Shown here piece by piece: positions 17,776 to 28,781 of a DNA stretch of 64,000 nucleotides. The notes under the pieces were generated by a model that was not told where the DNA came from, made no database searches, and worked only from the letters and a program-made list of their open reading frames with translations. The stretch is from an uncultured Mycoplasmatota bacterium (GTDB taxonomy: Bacteria; Bacillota_I; Bacilli_A; RF39; UBA660). The position numbers and the translations under genes were made by a program. Numbering within the stretch: the first letter of the stretch is position 1; each line of letters starts with the position of its first letter. The DNA is taken from positions 7,789-71,788 of the forward strand of contig CAMMMH010000005.1 of NCBI GenBank assembly GCA_946497955.1, written 5' to 3'.

Positions 17776-18399
17776 CTATATCTTCTTTGCAAAAGTAATA
17801 ATCTTTTCATCTTCTCTATCAGGAAATAATTCTAAAATACTATTAATTGCAACAACTGCCTCAGTATCATAATAATTTCTTTTCTCTAAGATATTTAATA
17901 TTGTAAGTAAATAATTATCTGCTTTCCTATTAACACTATAATAATCACTAAACTCTTTCTTTATGTAACTTATAGAATGAAGAATATAAGGATTCCCTAA
18001 AAGATAGTGATAGTTAGTCTCTCTTAATAGTAAATCATCTAATTCTAATAGTTCTAAATAATCTTCATAAGTAAAGATAAAGTCTCTTTTCAAATATTCA
18101 CTTTCTATATATGCCCTTGCTCTTTTCTCCATTTCCCTTTCATCTAGTTCTTTTAACTTACTTAATCTATCTTTAGCATATCTATCATTATAGATAGTAG
18201 ATACTTCTAATGCAGTATCTAAAAAGTCTTCGTTGACAAGGAAAAAACTAGGTTCACTAACAAGTAGAGCATGTATTCCTTTCATAGTAGAATTATAATC
18301 ATTTGTTTTAAGAACATCTAATCTCTCATCATCAGTCATATCGGCTTTTATATTTAAAGCATAGCGTCTATTTTCTATAGATAAATCTCTTAACTGCAT
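17776..18399 (-). CDS. hypothetical protein
   Basis: 207-aa ORF overlapping the lon stop by 10 nt, so likely co-transcribed. No family recognised. Confidence 0.5.
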   Translation of the reverse strand: MQLRDLSIENRRYALNIKADMTDDERLDVLKTNDYNSTMKGIHALLVSEPSFFLVNEDFLDTALEVSTIYNDRYAKDRLSKLKELDEREMEKRARAYIESEYLKRDFIFTYEDYLELLELDDLLLRETNYHYLLGNPYILHSISYIKKEFSDYYSVNRKADNYLLTILNILEKRNYYDTEAVVAINSILELFPDREDEKIITFAKKI

Positions 18400-20705
18400 A
18401 CTTCCTCACTAACAAATAACTTTTTATATAACTCTTTATAATTAGAAACATAAATAAACTCTAGCTTTTCTCTTATCTCTTTAGGTACATCTTTAACATC
18501 GGCTTTATTTTTTAAAGGTAAATAAATAGTCTTTACTCCTTCTCTATAGGCTCCTAATACTTTTTCTTTAACTCCTCCTATTTCTATAATATCTCCTTGA
18601 AGAGTTATTTCTCCTGTCATAGCGATATGTGTAGATATTTTAATGTTTGTAAAAGCACTAATTAAAGCGGTTGTAAGAGCGATACCAGCACTTGGTCCTT
18701 CTTTAGGTATAGCACCTTCAGGAACATGAATATGAATATCATCATCAAAGATACTTTTAGGTAAATTAAACTTCTTAGCATTGGCTTTGATATAACTTAA
18801 AGCAATCTTAGCAGACTCTTGCATAACATCACCTAAAGACCCTGTTAAAACTAAGTTAGAACTTCCTTTATAATGATTTACTTCTATAGGTAAGATATCT
18901 CCACCATAAGGGGTATAAGCAAGACCATTAACAACTCCTTTTAATTTAGTCTCTTTATTTTCTCTATTAGTATATATTTTCCTATCTAAGTACTTCTCTA
19001 AGTCTTTACTAGTAACTTCATAAAAGACAGGCTCATTAAGAGTCAATACTTGCTTAACTATCTTTCTAAGTATCTTAGATATTAGTCTTTCTAAATTCCT
19101 AACCCCTGCTTCTTTAGTATAGTAATTAATAATATCAAGTATGGCTTTATCACTAAAATTAACTTGTAAAGAGGTAAGGCCATGTTCATCTAAAGCTTTA
19201 GGTATTAAATAGTTTTTAGCGATAGATAACTTTTCATACTCAGTATAAGAGTCTAAATAAATAATCTCTAATCTATCTCTAAGTTCAGGTGGTATTTGAT
19301 CTTCATAGTTAGCAGTAGCGATAAATAAGACACTTGATAAGTCATACTCTTCTTCTAAATAATGATCATAAAAAGTACTATTTTGTTCTTTATCTAAGAC
19401 TTCTAAAAGGCTACTAGCAGGATCTCCTCTGTAATTCTTAGTCATCTTATCTATCTCATCTATTATAAAGACAGGGTTAGAACTACCACACTTTCTTATC
19501 CCACTAATTATTCTACCAGGTAGAGCCCCTACATAAGTCCTTCTATGTCCAACTATCTCTGCTTCATCATTAACTCCCCCAACAGAAACACTAACAAGAC
19601 GTCTATTAAGGGCTTTTGCAATAGTTTTAGCAAGAGAAGTCTTACCTACACCAGGTGGTCCTATTAAACAAAGAATAGGACTCTTTTCTTTAGGAGAATT
19701 CTGTTTAACAGCAATGTACTCAACAATTCTCTCCTTTACTTTAGTAAGACCATAATGACTATTATTTAAAATATTTTCTATTTCTTTAATATCTGTAACA
19801 TCTTTTGTTTTATAGTCCCATGGAAGACTCAACATTAAATCAAGATATTCTCTTAATATAGAAGCTTCAGGAACATTTTCATTTATAGACTTATAATGTT
19901 CTATCTCTTCTTTAATCTTATTTCTTACTTTATTAGAACACTTAAGTTTCTTTAACTTCTTATTATAATTATCTATAACCATATTCTTACTACTAACAGT
20001 ACCAAGTTCATTAGATATTATTTTTAATTTCTCAGATAAGTAGTATTTTCTTTGATCTTCATCTATTCTTTTATGAACTTTCGCTTCTATTTCTTTTTCA
20101 AGTTTAGCTAGATTTATCTCTTCTTTTAATTGACTAACTAAATTAATCGCTCTTTTAATAGGATCTAACTCATACAAATAACTTTTCTTAGTATCAGGAG
20201 AAAGATTAAGAAAAGATACTATAAAGTCTGTTAATTTATCTAAGCTTTTAATTGATGATATCTCACCTAACATCGCATTACTAACACTAGATATTTCTCT
20301 AACATATCTCTCATAATTACGATATAACATATTTAAGTATTTATCTTCTTCTAAAGAATTATTAGTAGTATTTTCTATTTCTTTATAATTAGCATAATAA
20401 ACACCATTTTCTTCTTCATAAGAAGTTATCTCTATTCTTTTTAAGCCTATAAAGATGTAACGCATTTTTGAGTTTGGAATATTAAGTTTTAAAGTTAGGG
20501 TTGCTAAAAGTCCTATTTTAGGGAACTCTGTCACATCATCAGTACTAATATTATCAATAGAGTGGATAATGACTAATTCTTTATTATCAGTCTTATCGAC
20601 AGCATCAACTATTCCTTGTTCATAATAATCTACTGTCTCACCACGATACTCCATTCCTGGAAAAAGTATTGCATTATTAATAATTAAAATAGGTAACTTC
20701 GCCAT
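18390..20705 (-). CDS. lon: ATP-dependent Lon protease (LonA)
   Basis: 771 aa. Walker A GPPGVGKTSLAK. Catalytic-serine motif PKEGPSAGIALTTAL. Confidence 0.95.
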   Translation of the reverse strand: MAKLPILIINNAILFPGMEYRGETVDYYEQGIVDAVDKTDNKELVIIHSIDNISTDDVTEFPKIGLLATLTLKLNIPNSKMRYIFIGLKRIEITSYEEENGVYYANYKEIENTTNNSLEEDKYLNMLYRNYERYVREISSVSNAMLGEISSIKSLDKLTDFIVSFLNLSPDTKKSYLYELDPIKRAINLVSQLKEEINLAKLEKEIEAKVHKRIDEDQRKYYLSEKLKIISNELGTVSSKNMVIDNYNKKLKKLKCSNKVRNKIKEEIEHYKSINENVPEASILREYLDLMLSLPWDYKTKDVTDIKEIENILNNSHYGLTKVKERIVEYIAVKQNSPKEKSPILCLIGPPGVGKTSLAKTIAKALNRRLVSVSVGGVNDEAEIVGHRRTYVGALPGRIISGIRKCGSSNPVFIIDEIDKMTKNYRGDPASSLLEVLDKEQNSTFYDHYLEEEYDLSSVLFIATANYEDQIPPELRDRLEIIYLDSYTEYEKLSIAKNYLIPKALDEHGLTSLQVNFSDKAILDIINYYTKEAGVRNLERLISKILRKIVKQVLTLNEPVFYEVTSKDLEKYLDRKIYTNRENKETKLKGVVNGLAYTPYGGDILPIEVNHYKGSSNLVLTGSLGDVMQESAKIALSYIKANAKKFNLPKSIFDDDIHIHVPEGAIPKEGPSAGIALTTALISAFTNIKISTHIAMTGEITLQGDIIEIGGVKEKVLGAYREGVKTIYLPLKNKADVKDVPKEIREKLEFIYVSNYKELYKKLFVSEEVCS

Positions 20706-20735
20706 TTATATTCCTCCCTAAAAAACCTAATATTT

Positions 20736-20763
20736 ATTATATCTAAAATTTAAAATTTGACAA
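20736..20763 (-). promoter_or_regulatory. sigma-A-type promoter for lon
   Basis: Minus strand: TTGTCA - 16 nt - TATAAT, about 30 nt upstream of the GGGAGG Shine-Dalgarno. Confidence 0.5.
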
Positions 20764-20765
20764 TA

Positions 20766-20790
20766 GAAAAAGAACATTTTTCATGTCCTT
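20766..20790 (-). terminator. intrinsic terminator after the pilin-like genes
   Basis: Minus strand: GGACAT-GAAAA-ATGTTC stem (one G-U pair) followed by TTTTTC. Confidence 0.4.
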
Positions 20791-20809
20791 TTATTTTAAT
20801 AACTAATAC

Positions 20810-21394
20810 TTATTTTACTATACCAGATATAGTACATGAAGTTGGTGTATAAGCTTCATAAGCAGTATTACTTGTTGCTCTATATAAACTGATAGTATCT
20901 CCAGCTGTTTTACTACTTATTGTTTGATAATTACCTTCACTTGTAACTGCTTTTTCTTTAACCAAATCTCCATCAAGGCCATTTTCATCTAGAACACCAA
21001 AACCATTATTTGCATCATCAGTCATTTGAACAAAATATTGATAACTATCTGCACCAGCAGTAGAGCTGTTATAAATAATTACAAAGCTTTCATCTGAATA
21101 TGCAGAATTGAATGGACTATCATGAGAACCACTTTCAAGTGCTACTGTGTTAGTAGATACTGCCAAACACTGTCCATAACTTGGCATTAAATCACTAGCA
21201 TAATCACCATTTACAAAGCTAAGTCTTACAGCATTTGCATATTGTTGAGCAGTAGTTACAAAAGTATCACGTCTTGCTCCTCTAATATAACCTGACATAG
21301 CTGTAATTGCAAGAGTCATCAATATTGCTAAAATAATTATAACTGCAAGCAATTCGATTAAAGTAAATCCTTTCTTGTTCATTCTTTTTTTCAT
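20810..21394 (-). CDS. type IV pilin / pseudopilin-like protein (prepilin-type N-terminal cleavage/methylation domain)
   Basis: MKKRMNKKG / FTLIELLAVIIILAILMTLAI is the class III signal with Glu at +5. I start at ATG 21394 (GGAGG 8 nt upstream). Confidence 0.8.
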   Translation of the reverse strand: MKKRMNKKGFTLIELLAVIIILAILMTLAITAMSGYIRGARRDTFVTTAQQYANAVRLSFVNGDYASDLMPSYGQCLAVSTNTVALESGSHDSPFNSAYSDESFVIIYNSSTAGADSYQYFVQMTDDANNGFGVLDENGLDGDLVKEKAVTSEGNYQTISSKTAGDTISLYRATSNTAYEAYTPTSCTISGIVK

Positions 21395-21447
21395 TTCTAT
21401 AACCTCCATATCTTACTTTTACATCATAGCAAATATTTATTTAACTG

Positions 21448-21954
21448 TCAATAAATATTTGTAATAGAATATCCACTTAACACTCCTCCTACTGCAGGAA
21501 TTTCAATATCTAAATCACTTCCAGTTGTAACTTTATTTCTGGCATTTTCTTTATTTAAATCACTTCTTGCAGTCAGAGGTATTCCTCTTGTATTTCCGTC
21601 ATAATTTTCAACAATTGTAGAAAAATATTCATAAGAGTTTCCTGATCTAGCAACTACTACATATGATTTATCTAAATCATAATCACCGCCTTCTGGAGCT
21701 TCTGTAAATTCAGATGTATCTAATGTTCTTAATAACATAACTATACAATTTCCATCTGTTGGTAACTCAATGCTAGTATTGCTTCTAATTTCATATTCTG
21801 CTAAAGTTATCATTTTCTTAGCATCAGATACATACGTATCCTGTTTATTTCTGTCAATTATACTCATAACATTAGGAACTGCAATTAACATAATAAGTGC
21901 CAATATTAAAATAGTCGCTAATAATTCTATTATTGTAAAACCTTTTCTATCCAT
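21448..21954 (-). CDS. type IV pilin / pseudopilin-like protein
   Basis: MDRKG / FTIIELLATILILALIMLIAV prepilin signal. 168 aa. Confidence 0.8.
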   Translation of the reverse strand: MDRKGFTIIELLATILILALIMLIAVPNVMSIIDRNKQDTYVSDAKKMITLAEYEIRSNTSIELPTDGNCIVMLLRTLDTSEFTEAPEGGDYDLDKSYVVVARSGNSYEYFSTIVENYDGNTRGIPLTARSDLNKENARNKVTTGSDLDIEIPAVGGVLSGYSITNIY

Positions 21955-21980
21955 CGCATCACTTTCCTATCTTTTACTAT

Positions 21981-21989
21981 ATTATAGCA
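21981..21989 (-). promoter_or_regulatory. extended -10 promoter element upstream of the pilin-like pair
   Basis: Minus strand: TGCTATAAT, about 25 nt upstream of ATG 21954. No good -35. Confidence 0.35.
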
Positions 21990-21998
21990 TTTTTTTTA

Positions 21999-23183
21999 TC
22001 AAGATAAAATATTTTTTAAATTTTCTCTTTCTAAAAATGAAGTTTCTGTCAAGTTATTACCAAAAAGTGAATCATAACGAAAGATAGCAAAACCACTATA
22101 ATTAGATAGTTCACGACTAAGCATTACTTCTCTAGCTATTATATTATTATATTCTATCCATTCATTAGAACCATCTTTAGCATAATCATCTACATTACCA
22201 GTCTTATAAAAAGCAAGAGCAGGAATTAATTCTATATTATTAGTTATTAAATTATTCCAAGACTTAACAGTATCTTCAAAAGGTTTAGTACTATTAAAAA
22301 AGCCATAATAGACCTGAGGCATTATATAATCTAGATACCCTTTTTCAGTACAAAAAAGCCTTGTATCAACATAATTACTATTATAATTATTATCTATATT
22401 ACCATCAGGAGAGATACCAAAAAGAATTGACTTATCATAAGATTTTATAAGTTTATAAGTTTTTTTAATTAAAGAACTAATAGTATTTAATCTAAATTGC
22501 TGTAAAGTTAAATTATTATCTTTTAAAGACTTTTCATACTCCCTTTTATCTATATCATCACTCTTAGGATAGAAATAATCATCAAAATGTATTCCATCAA
22601 CATCATAGTTTTTAATTATCTCTTCTATACCCTCAAGAATTAATGTTTCTACTTTATTACTAGCAGGATTATAGTAGATCCCATTATCCGTAACTTCTAT
22701 ATTAGTAGAGTTTAACATACTATAAGCAGGATTATCTTTACTGATTACACTAATATCTGTATCATTACTAATTCTATATGGATTAATCCAAGCATGTAAT
22801 TCTAAATTTTTATTATGAGCTTTCTTTACAAAGTAATCTAAAATATCAAAAGGTAAATCATCTCCTTCAGTATTAACAACACTTCTACTACTAGGATAAA
22901 TAGATGATTTATATATAGCATCACTAAAACTCCTTACTTGAAGTATTATCATATTAAAACCAAAATTCTTAACATTATCAAGCATATCATTTATAGTACG
23001 TTTCATCTCTTCACTACTTTTACCTCTTAAATTGTTACCAAGTTCAATATAAGAAATAAACACAGCTCGCTTCTCTTCCTCTATCTTAGATTTATCTTCC
23101 TTTTTTAAAGTATCTTTAGGTATGAAGATATAAATTACAACTAATAAAAAAATGATAAGTATTAAATAATATTCTCTTTTCAT
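21999..23183 (-). CDS. glycosyl hydrolase-like family 10 (YngK/DUF187-type) protein with N-terminal anchor
   Basis: 394 aa. RAVFISYIE...FGFNMIILQVRSFSDAIYKSSIYPSS...LELHAWINPYRI follows the GHL10 pattern. Confidence 0.7.
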   Translation of the reverse strand: MKREYYLILIIFLLVVIYIFIPKDTLKKEDKSKIEEEKRAVFISYIELGNNLRGKSSEEMKRTINDMLDNVKNFGFNMIILQVRSFSDAIYKSSIYPSSRSVVNTEGDDLPFDILDYFVKKAHNKNLELHAWINPYRISNDTDISVISKDNPAYSMLNSTNIEVTDNGIYYNPASNKVETLILEGIEEIIKNYDVDGIHFDDYFYPKSDDIDKREYEKSLKDNNLTLQQFRLNTISSLIKKTYKLIKSYDKSILFGISPDGNIDNNYNSNYVDTRLFCTEKGYLDYIMPQVYYGFFNSTKPFEDTVKSWNNLITNNIELIPALAFYKTGNVDDYAKDGSNEWIEYNNIIAREVMLSRELSNYSGFAIFRYDSLFGNNLTETSFLERENLKNILS

Positions 23184-23223
23184 ACACTTATCATATTATT
23201 AAAACTATAAATTTATTGTCTAA

Positions 23224-23880
23224 TTAAGAGATGCAATCACTATTTTTTATAATAAATAACTGATTATCTTTATAAAAAGCATAAAACACATCATCAAGCT
23301 TTACTTTTTTACTAGCAAGCAACTCATTAAGCCATTTCTCTTTTCTTCTTATTTTCTTAAGTGTCATCTTCTGTATTTTACCATCAAGAATTAAAGGAAG
23401 AGGATATGGTCCACTATTATTAGCATCTTTAGTAAAAACAGAAAGTTTACCACTAGTCTCTAAAATTGCATACTCTACTTCTTCAATACTTTTAACATTT
23501 CTAGCACGTAACTGAGTAAGTAAATCTTCTAAGTTATAGCGTTGTTTAATCATCTCTTTAAAATTAACTTTACCATTATCTATAATAACAGATGCATCTC
23601 CATCTAACATACTTCTAACCTTATCACTTTTTAAAGAGATTTTAGCAAGTACGATTTGTAGTATTACTAAGACTCCTATTGGTAAGAGCATTAAAAATAC
23701 ACTACTATCATATCTTTCAATACTAATCGCTGCAAGTTCTGCAATTAAAACTGAGACTATTAAGTCTATTATTCCTAATTCACCCACTTCTCTTTTACCC
23801 ATAAAGCGGTAAAATATAACTATTGCAAAATAAAAGAAAATAGTTTTTAAAAGTATTAGTAAATAATCCATAATTATCAC
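23224..23880 (-). CDS. DUF421 (YetF/YdfS-type) membrane protein
   Basis: N-terminal membrane part FYRFMGKREVGELGIIDLIVSVLIAELAA followed by a soluble C-terminal domain. Typical DUF421 layout. Confidence 0.75.
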   Translation of the reverse strand: MIIMDYLLILLKTIFFYFAIVIFYRFMGKREVGELGIIDLIVSVLIAELAAISIERYDSSVFLMLLPIGVLVILQIVLAKISLKSDKVRSMLDGDASVIIDNGKVNFKEMIKQRYNLEDLLTQLRARNVKSIEEVEYAILETSGKLSVFTKDANNSGPYPLPLILDGKIQKMTLKKIRRKEKWLNELLASKKVKLDDVFYAFYKDNQLFIIKNSDCIS

Positions 23881-23905
23881 CTACTAATAACATCTCCAAC
23901 TCTTT

Positions 23906-24550
23906 TTAAATTATACCTTTATTTTTTAAAAGTTCTATTATTTCTTTATGTATTTCATCAATTGTTTTCTCTTTATTTTCATCAATACAATCTATTATAT
24001 CCCAGTTATAAAGGCCAGCAAGTTCTAAATAAGCTTCTAAAACTCTATTTTGCTTAGAATCTTCTTTAGTTAAATCAAAAGATAATTGATTACTATATTT
24101 ATAAGGCATATTAAGTAAAATTGTATAATCTGGCTTAGGTAATTTTAAAAGCCAGTACTCTAGTTTATCTATCCACTGATACATATAAAATCTCTCATCA
24201 CTATCACTATATTTACTACCCTGAGTAGCCATATTAGAACTAGTATAACGGTTAATAACAACGATATAATCATTATCAAGATATTCTTTAATTTTATTTA
24301 TATTATACTTTCTATCTGCAGCGGTATATAAACAAACAAGTTCGGGATCTAAGGAATCGATTCCTTCATTAAAGTAGTTATTGTTATTTAAAAGGCAATC
24401 TTTAAAGATTCTTCCTGTTGGAGTATCATACATAGGAAAAGAAAATTCTATTGATTTTATCCCCATTTTATTTAAAGACTCTACTAATAATTTACTTTGT
24501 GTCTCTTTTCCACTACCTTCTATTCCTTCAATAACAATAATCTTGCCCAT
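23906..24550 (-). CDS. tmk: thymidylate (dTMP) kinase
   Basis: P-loop IVIEGIEGSGKETQSKLL. 214 aa. Confidence 0.8.
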   Translation of the reverse strand: MGKIIVIEGIEGSGKETQSKLLVESLNKMGIKSIEFSFPMYDTPTGRIFKDCLLNNNNYFNEGIDSLDPELVCLYTAADRKYNINKIKEYLDNDYIVVINRYTSSNMATQGSKYSDSDERFYMYQWIDKLEYWLLKLPKPDYTILLNMPYKYSNQLSFDLTKEDSKQNRVLEAYLELAGLYNWDIIDCIDENKEKTIDEIHKEIIELLKNKGII

Positions 24551-24561
24551 AATGCACCCTC

Positions 24562-25143
24562 CTATATATTTATATTATTATGTTCGTCAAATGGTACTAA
24601 CAAGCATTTACGACTTGCTAAATAATCACACATATGGACAAAATTTTGATATTTAGTATGAGGTTTATCTAAGACTTCATTACCGTTATAATCAGTAGTA
24701 TAATCTCCCATATGTGTTTTAATAGCATCACTTATAAACTTAGCATCTTCACTACTTAATCCTACTTTACTAGCATTATCAAGAATAACTTTACTAGCGA
24801 TTAAAGGATGATCAAAACGAGTATATCTCTCCTCTACAAGACCTTTTTTAAAACCATCATGTAATAAAAGTGCCATAAGCATTAAATCTTTTTCTCTTGA
24901 TGTATACTTTTTACCAATAGATAAGTCTTGCAATAATTCATAACCTATTCTAACTGCTGCTTTAGTATGACGAAGTAGTCCTCCTTCTCCTTGAGCATAA
25001 CTAGGATGATACTTACCAGTTGATGCAGCAGGTTCCCTAAAGAAATAATCTGGTAATAATTCTATTAGCTCACCAAGACTTTTTCTTAAAGATTCATCTT
25101 TTATATAATTAATTTCATCATAAAATATCTCTTTTTTATTCAT
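24562..25143 (-). CDS. HD-domain phosphohydrolase
   Basis: STGKYHPSY...LLRHTKAAV...LLLHDGFKKG (H...HD...D metal-site pattern). Confidence 0.7.
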   Translation of the reverse strand: MNKKEIFYDEINYIKDESLRKSLGELIELLPDYFFREPAASTGKYHPSYAQGEGGLLRHTKAAVRIGYELLQDLSIGKKYTSREKDLMLMALLLHDGFKKGLVEERYTRFDHPLIASKVILDNASKVGLSSEDAKFISDAIKTHMGDYTTDYNGNEVLDKPHTKYQNFVHMCDYLASRKCLLVPFDEHNNINI

Positions 25144-25197
25144 AATTACCTCTTTCTAGTCCATTATATCAAAAGAAACATTTGTTTGTAAAGTATC

Positions 25198-26289
25198 TTA
25201 GAATTTTAATATTATTTCATCTAAAACATAAAAATAATCTTCATATACTCTTAAATATCTATTATCTTCTTCTAAAATATTACTGTTAACTAATTCTTTA
25301 TAATTAAATATATCATCTATATTAGCTTTATATTTATATTTAAATATCTCTTTATCTATTCCTCTATTAGTTCTTAGATTTAACATAACTTCATAAAACA
25401 TTTTATCTTTAATAGTTAATATCTCTTTATCTATAATAGTTTTACCATTAATATAGTTAGTAATACTTCTAGTATTAGTATATCTAATATTATCTATATA
25501 ACCACTAGCTCCTACTCCAAAGCCATAATATTCTAAATTATGCCAATATTTTAAATTATGTTTTGAAGAGTACCCTTCTTTAGAAAAGTTAGATATTTCA
25601 TAATGAATATAAGAGTTATCTTTAAGTATAGAAGATATCATATCATACATTTTTCTATCTAAAGATTTATCTATATTATTAACACCATTTGTTTTTAATT
25701 TAGTATTATCTTCTATAATTAAAGAGTATGTTGATATATGAGTAACATCTAATGATAGTAAAAAGTTTAAATCTTCTTTTAAATCATTTAAAGTCTCTCC
25801 TTTTATAGCATAAATTAAATCTACATTTATATTAGTAATACCCTCTTTTTTTAAGTTATTTATACAAGTAATAACACTATCTTTACTAGTTCTTCTTTCA
25901 AGCACATCCTGTAATTTACTATTTATAGTTTCAACTCCAAGACTAACTCTATTAACACCATAGCTTTTCAATAATTTAATCTTATCCAATGCTAAACTAT
26001 CAGGATTAGCTTCTATAGTAATCTCACAGTCTTTACTTAACTTAAACATCTTTAAAATACTAAATAACTTCTCTAATTCATTAAGACTTAAACTACTAGG
26101 GGTACCTCCTCCTATATATAAAGAAGTAATAATTTCTCCTCTATATTTAGCTTTTATCTCTTTATCTAGAGCCTCTAAATATTTATTAACATATTCTTTA
26201 TTATAAAACACCTTACAAAAATCACAATAAGCACAAATATAATTACAAAAAGGAATATGAATATAAACTGCATCTATTTTATCAATCAT
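25198..26289 (-). CDS. hemW: radical SAM heme chaperone HemW (HemN-like)
   Basis: VYIHIPFCNYICAYCDF is the CxxxCxxC radical SAM cluster in HemW context. 363 aa. Confidence 0.85.
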   Translation of the reverse strand: MIDKIDAVYIHIPFCNYICAYCDFCKVFYNKEYVNKYLEALDKEIKAKYRGEIITSLYIGGGTPSSLSLNELEKLFSILKMFKLSKDCEITIEANPDSLALDKIKLLKSYGVNRVSLGVETINSKLQDVLERRTSKDSVITCINNLKKEGITNINVDLIYAIKGETLNDLKEDLNFLLSLDVTHISTYSLIIEDNTKLKTNGVNNIDKSLDRKMYDMISSILKDNSYIHYEISNFSKEGYSSKHNLKYWHNLEYYGFGVGASGYIDNIRYTNTRSITNYINGKTIIDKEILTIKDKMFYEVMLNLRTNRGIDKEIFKYKYKANIDDIFNYKELVNSNILEEDNRYLRVYEDYFYVLDEIILKF

Positions 26290-26304
26290 AGTATCACCTA
26301 AAGC

Positions 26305-27444
<1,140 letters not shown>

Positions 27445-28722
27445 CTAACCTCTTCTTCTTTTTTGATATGTAAGTGGATCTTTAGCAATAGCTTCATTTA
27501 AATTATTATTTATATCATAAACAATTCCTTCATGTAACAATCCATTCTTATCATAATATTCAAATCGTTCATTATCTTTTAACCCTATAATAGCAGCACC
27601 TATCGCACTGGTAACTTCTATATAACTATGAGTATCTTCACTAGATAGAGCCTTATTTATTACTTCAACTCTTATATTTTGAATTTCTCCATCTTCAAAA
27701 GTCATAATACTAACTTTACTACCAACATTAACTACATCATTTGATTCTAAAGTTATAATTCTAACTTTATTTAACAATCTATTAAGCTTATCCAATCTAG
27801 TTCTAATACCATAAATATTATAATTAGCACTAGAAATTTTAGTAACATTACTATTATCTATCTCTATAATAGTACCAAAATATCGAGCCTTTTTAGTTTT
27901 GCCATCTTCAATATATGTATAAATCTCTTCAATTCTATCGCCTATATTTTTAGTATATAACCTACTGGCAAGTTTACTACTAGCTTTTATTTCAGTTTTA
28001 GGATCAACAGCGTCCTCATCTACAATCCTAAATTCTTTGATTGTATCTTCTCCATCTATCAATTTAATAATAGAACCAGGCATTATTCTTTTTTCATATT
28101 TCTCAAGCTTTGATAAAGCATTAACTAAACGTTTCTTTTCTTCTTTTAATAAATTATACTGACTTAAAGTAATTTCATTTTCTTTATAATTAACATTTTC
28201 TTTCACTATCTTTCTAGTTGCAAATCTTTCTGACATAGGCCTAGAAACAATAAAATCTATATCATTTTTTGTCTTTCTATATATTTTCAAAATTTTTCCA
28301 GTAATCGTTAAAGTATCTTTCATACCTTTTAATTTAACAGAATATTGAAATATATCTCCTTTCTTTTTCCCTTTTACACTATCGCCAAGGGAACAGCTAG
28401 AACTAACATAGCCATTATTTTTATTAACTAAATTACTCATAAGACCTATTTCATTCTCTGCCAAAGTATATATTTCTTCTATATTTTCATCATCAAATTT
28501 AATCTTAAATTTAGTACCATAATCTATAATAGTATCATCCGCTCTTTTAACAAGTTCACTTTCTTCAAGTATACTACTTAAATATTTTATCTGTTCTTTC
28601 TTATTTCTTATATCATCACGAGATGTTACTTCATCAAAATAAATAGTAGCATTTTCTATTTCAGCTTGCAACTCATTAATTTTATCTCTTAAAGCTTTTA
28701 CTTGTTCTGGTATTAATATCAT
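27445..28722 (-). CDS. unusual protein with an N-terminal coiled coil and three GreA/GreB C-terminal-like domains
   Basis: 425 aa. Three segments fit the GreA C-domain pattern (G-x-x-V...Y-x-IV...S-x-x-S-P-x-G-x-A-L-x-G-K-x-x-GD): YGTKFKIKF...GYVSSSCSLGDSVKGKKKGDIFQY; PGSIIKLID...FRIVDEDAVDPKTEIKASSKLASRLYTKNIGDRIE; VGSKVSIMT...YIEVTSAIGAAIIGLKDNERFEY. Confidence 0.55.
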   Translation of the reverse strand: MILIPEQVKALRDKINELQAEIENATIYFDEVTSRDDIRNKKEQIKYLSSILEESELVKRADDTIIDYGTKFKIKFDDENIEEIYTLAENEIGLMSNLVNKNNGYVSSSCSLGDSVKGKKKGDIFQYSVKLKGMKDTLTITGKILKIYRKTKNDIDFIVSRPMSERFATRKIVKENVNYKENEITLSQYNLLKEEKKRLVNALSKLEKYEKRIMPGSIIKLIDGEDTIKEFRIVDEDAVDPKTEIKASSKLASRLYTKNIGDRIEEIYTYIEDGKTKKARYFGTIIEIDNSNVTKISSANYNIYGIRTRLDKLNRLLNKVRIITLESNDVVNVGSKVSIMTFEDGEIQNIRVEVINKALSSEDTHSYIEVTSAIGAAIIGLKDNERFEYYDKNGLLHEGIVYDINNNLNEAIAKDPLTYQKRRRG

Positions 28723-28781
28723 TTAATCTCCCCCTTTAATGACTAGACTATGATACCATAAAAAAGTTTATAAGTAAAGAA

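Noticed and set aside
20750-20765. GTCAAA motifs upstream of lon, and at 48196..48227 upstream of mraZ, considered as CtsR operators. I also looked for a CIRCE element.
   Set aside because: The CtsR box needs two GGTCAAA heptads separated by 3 nt. Here there is a single copy at lon, or copies with a 16-nt period at mraZ. I saw no TTAGCACTC-N9-GAGTGCTAA.
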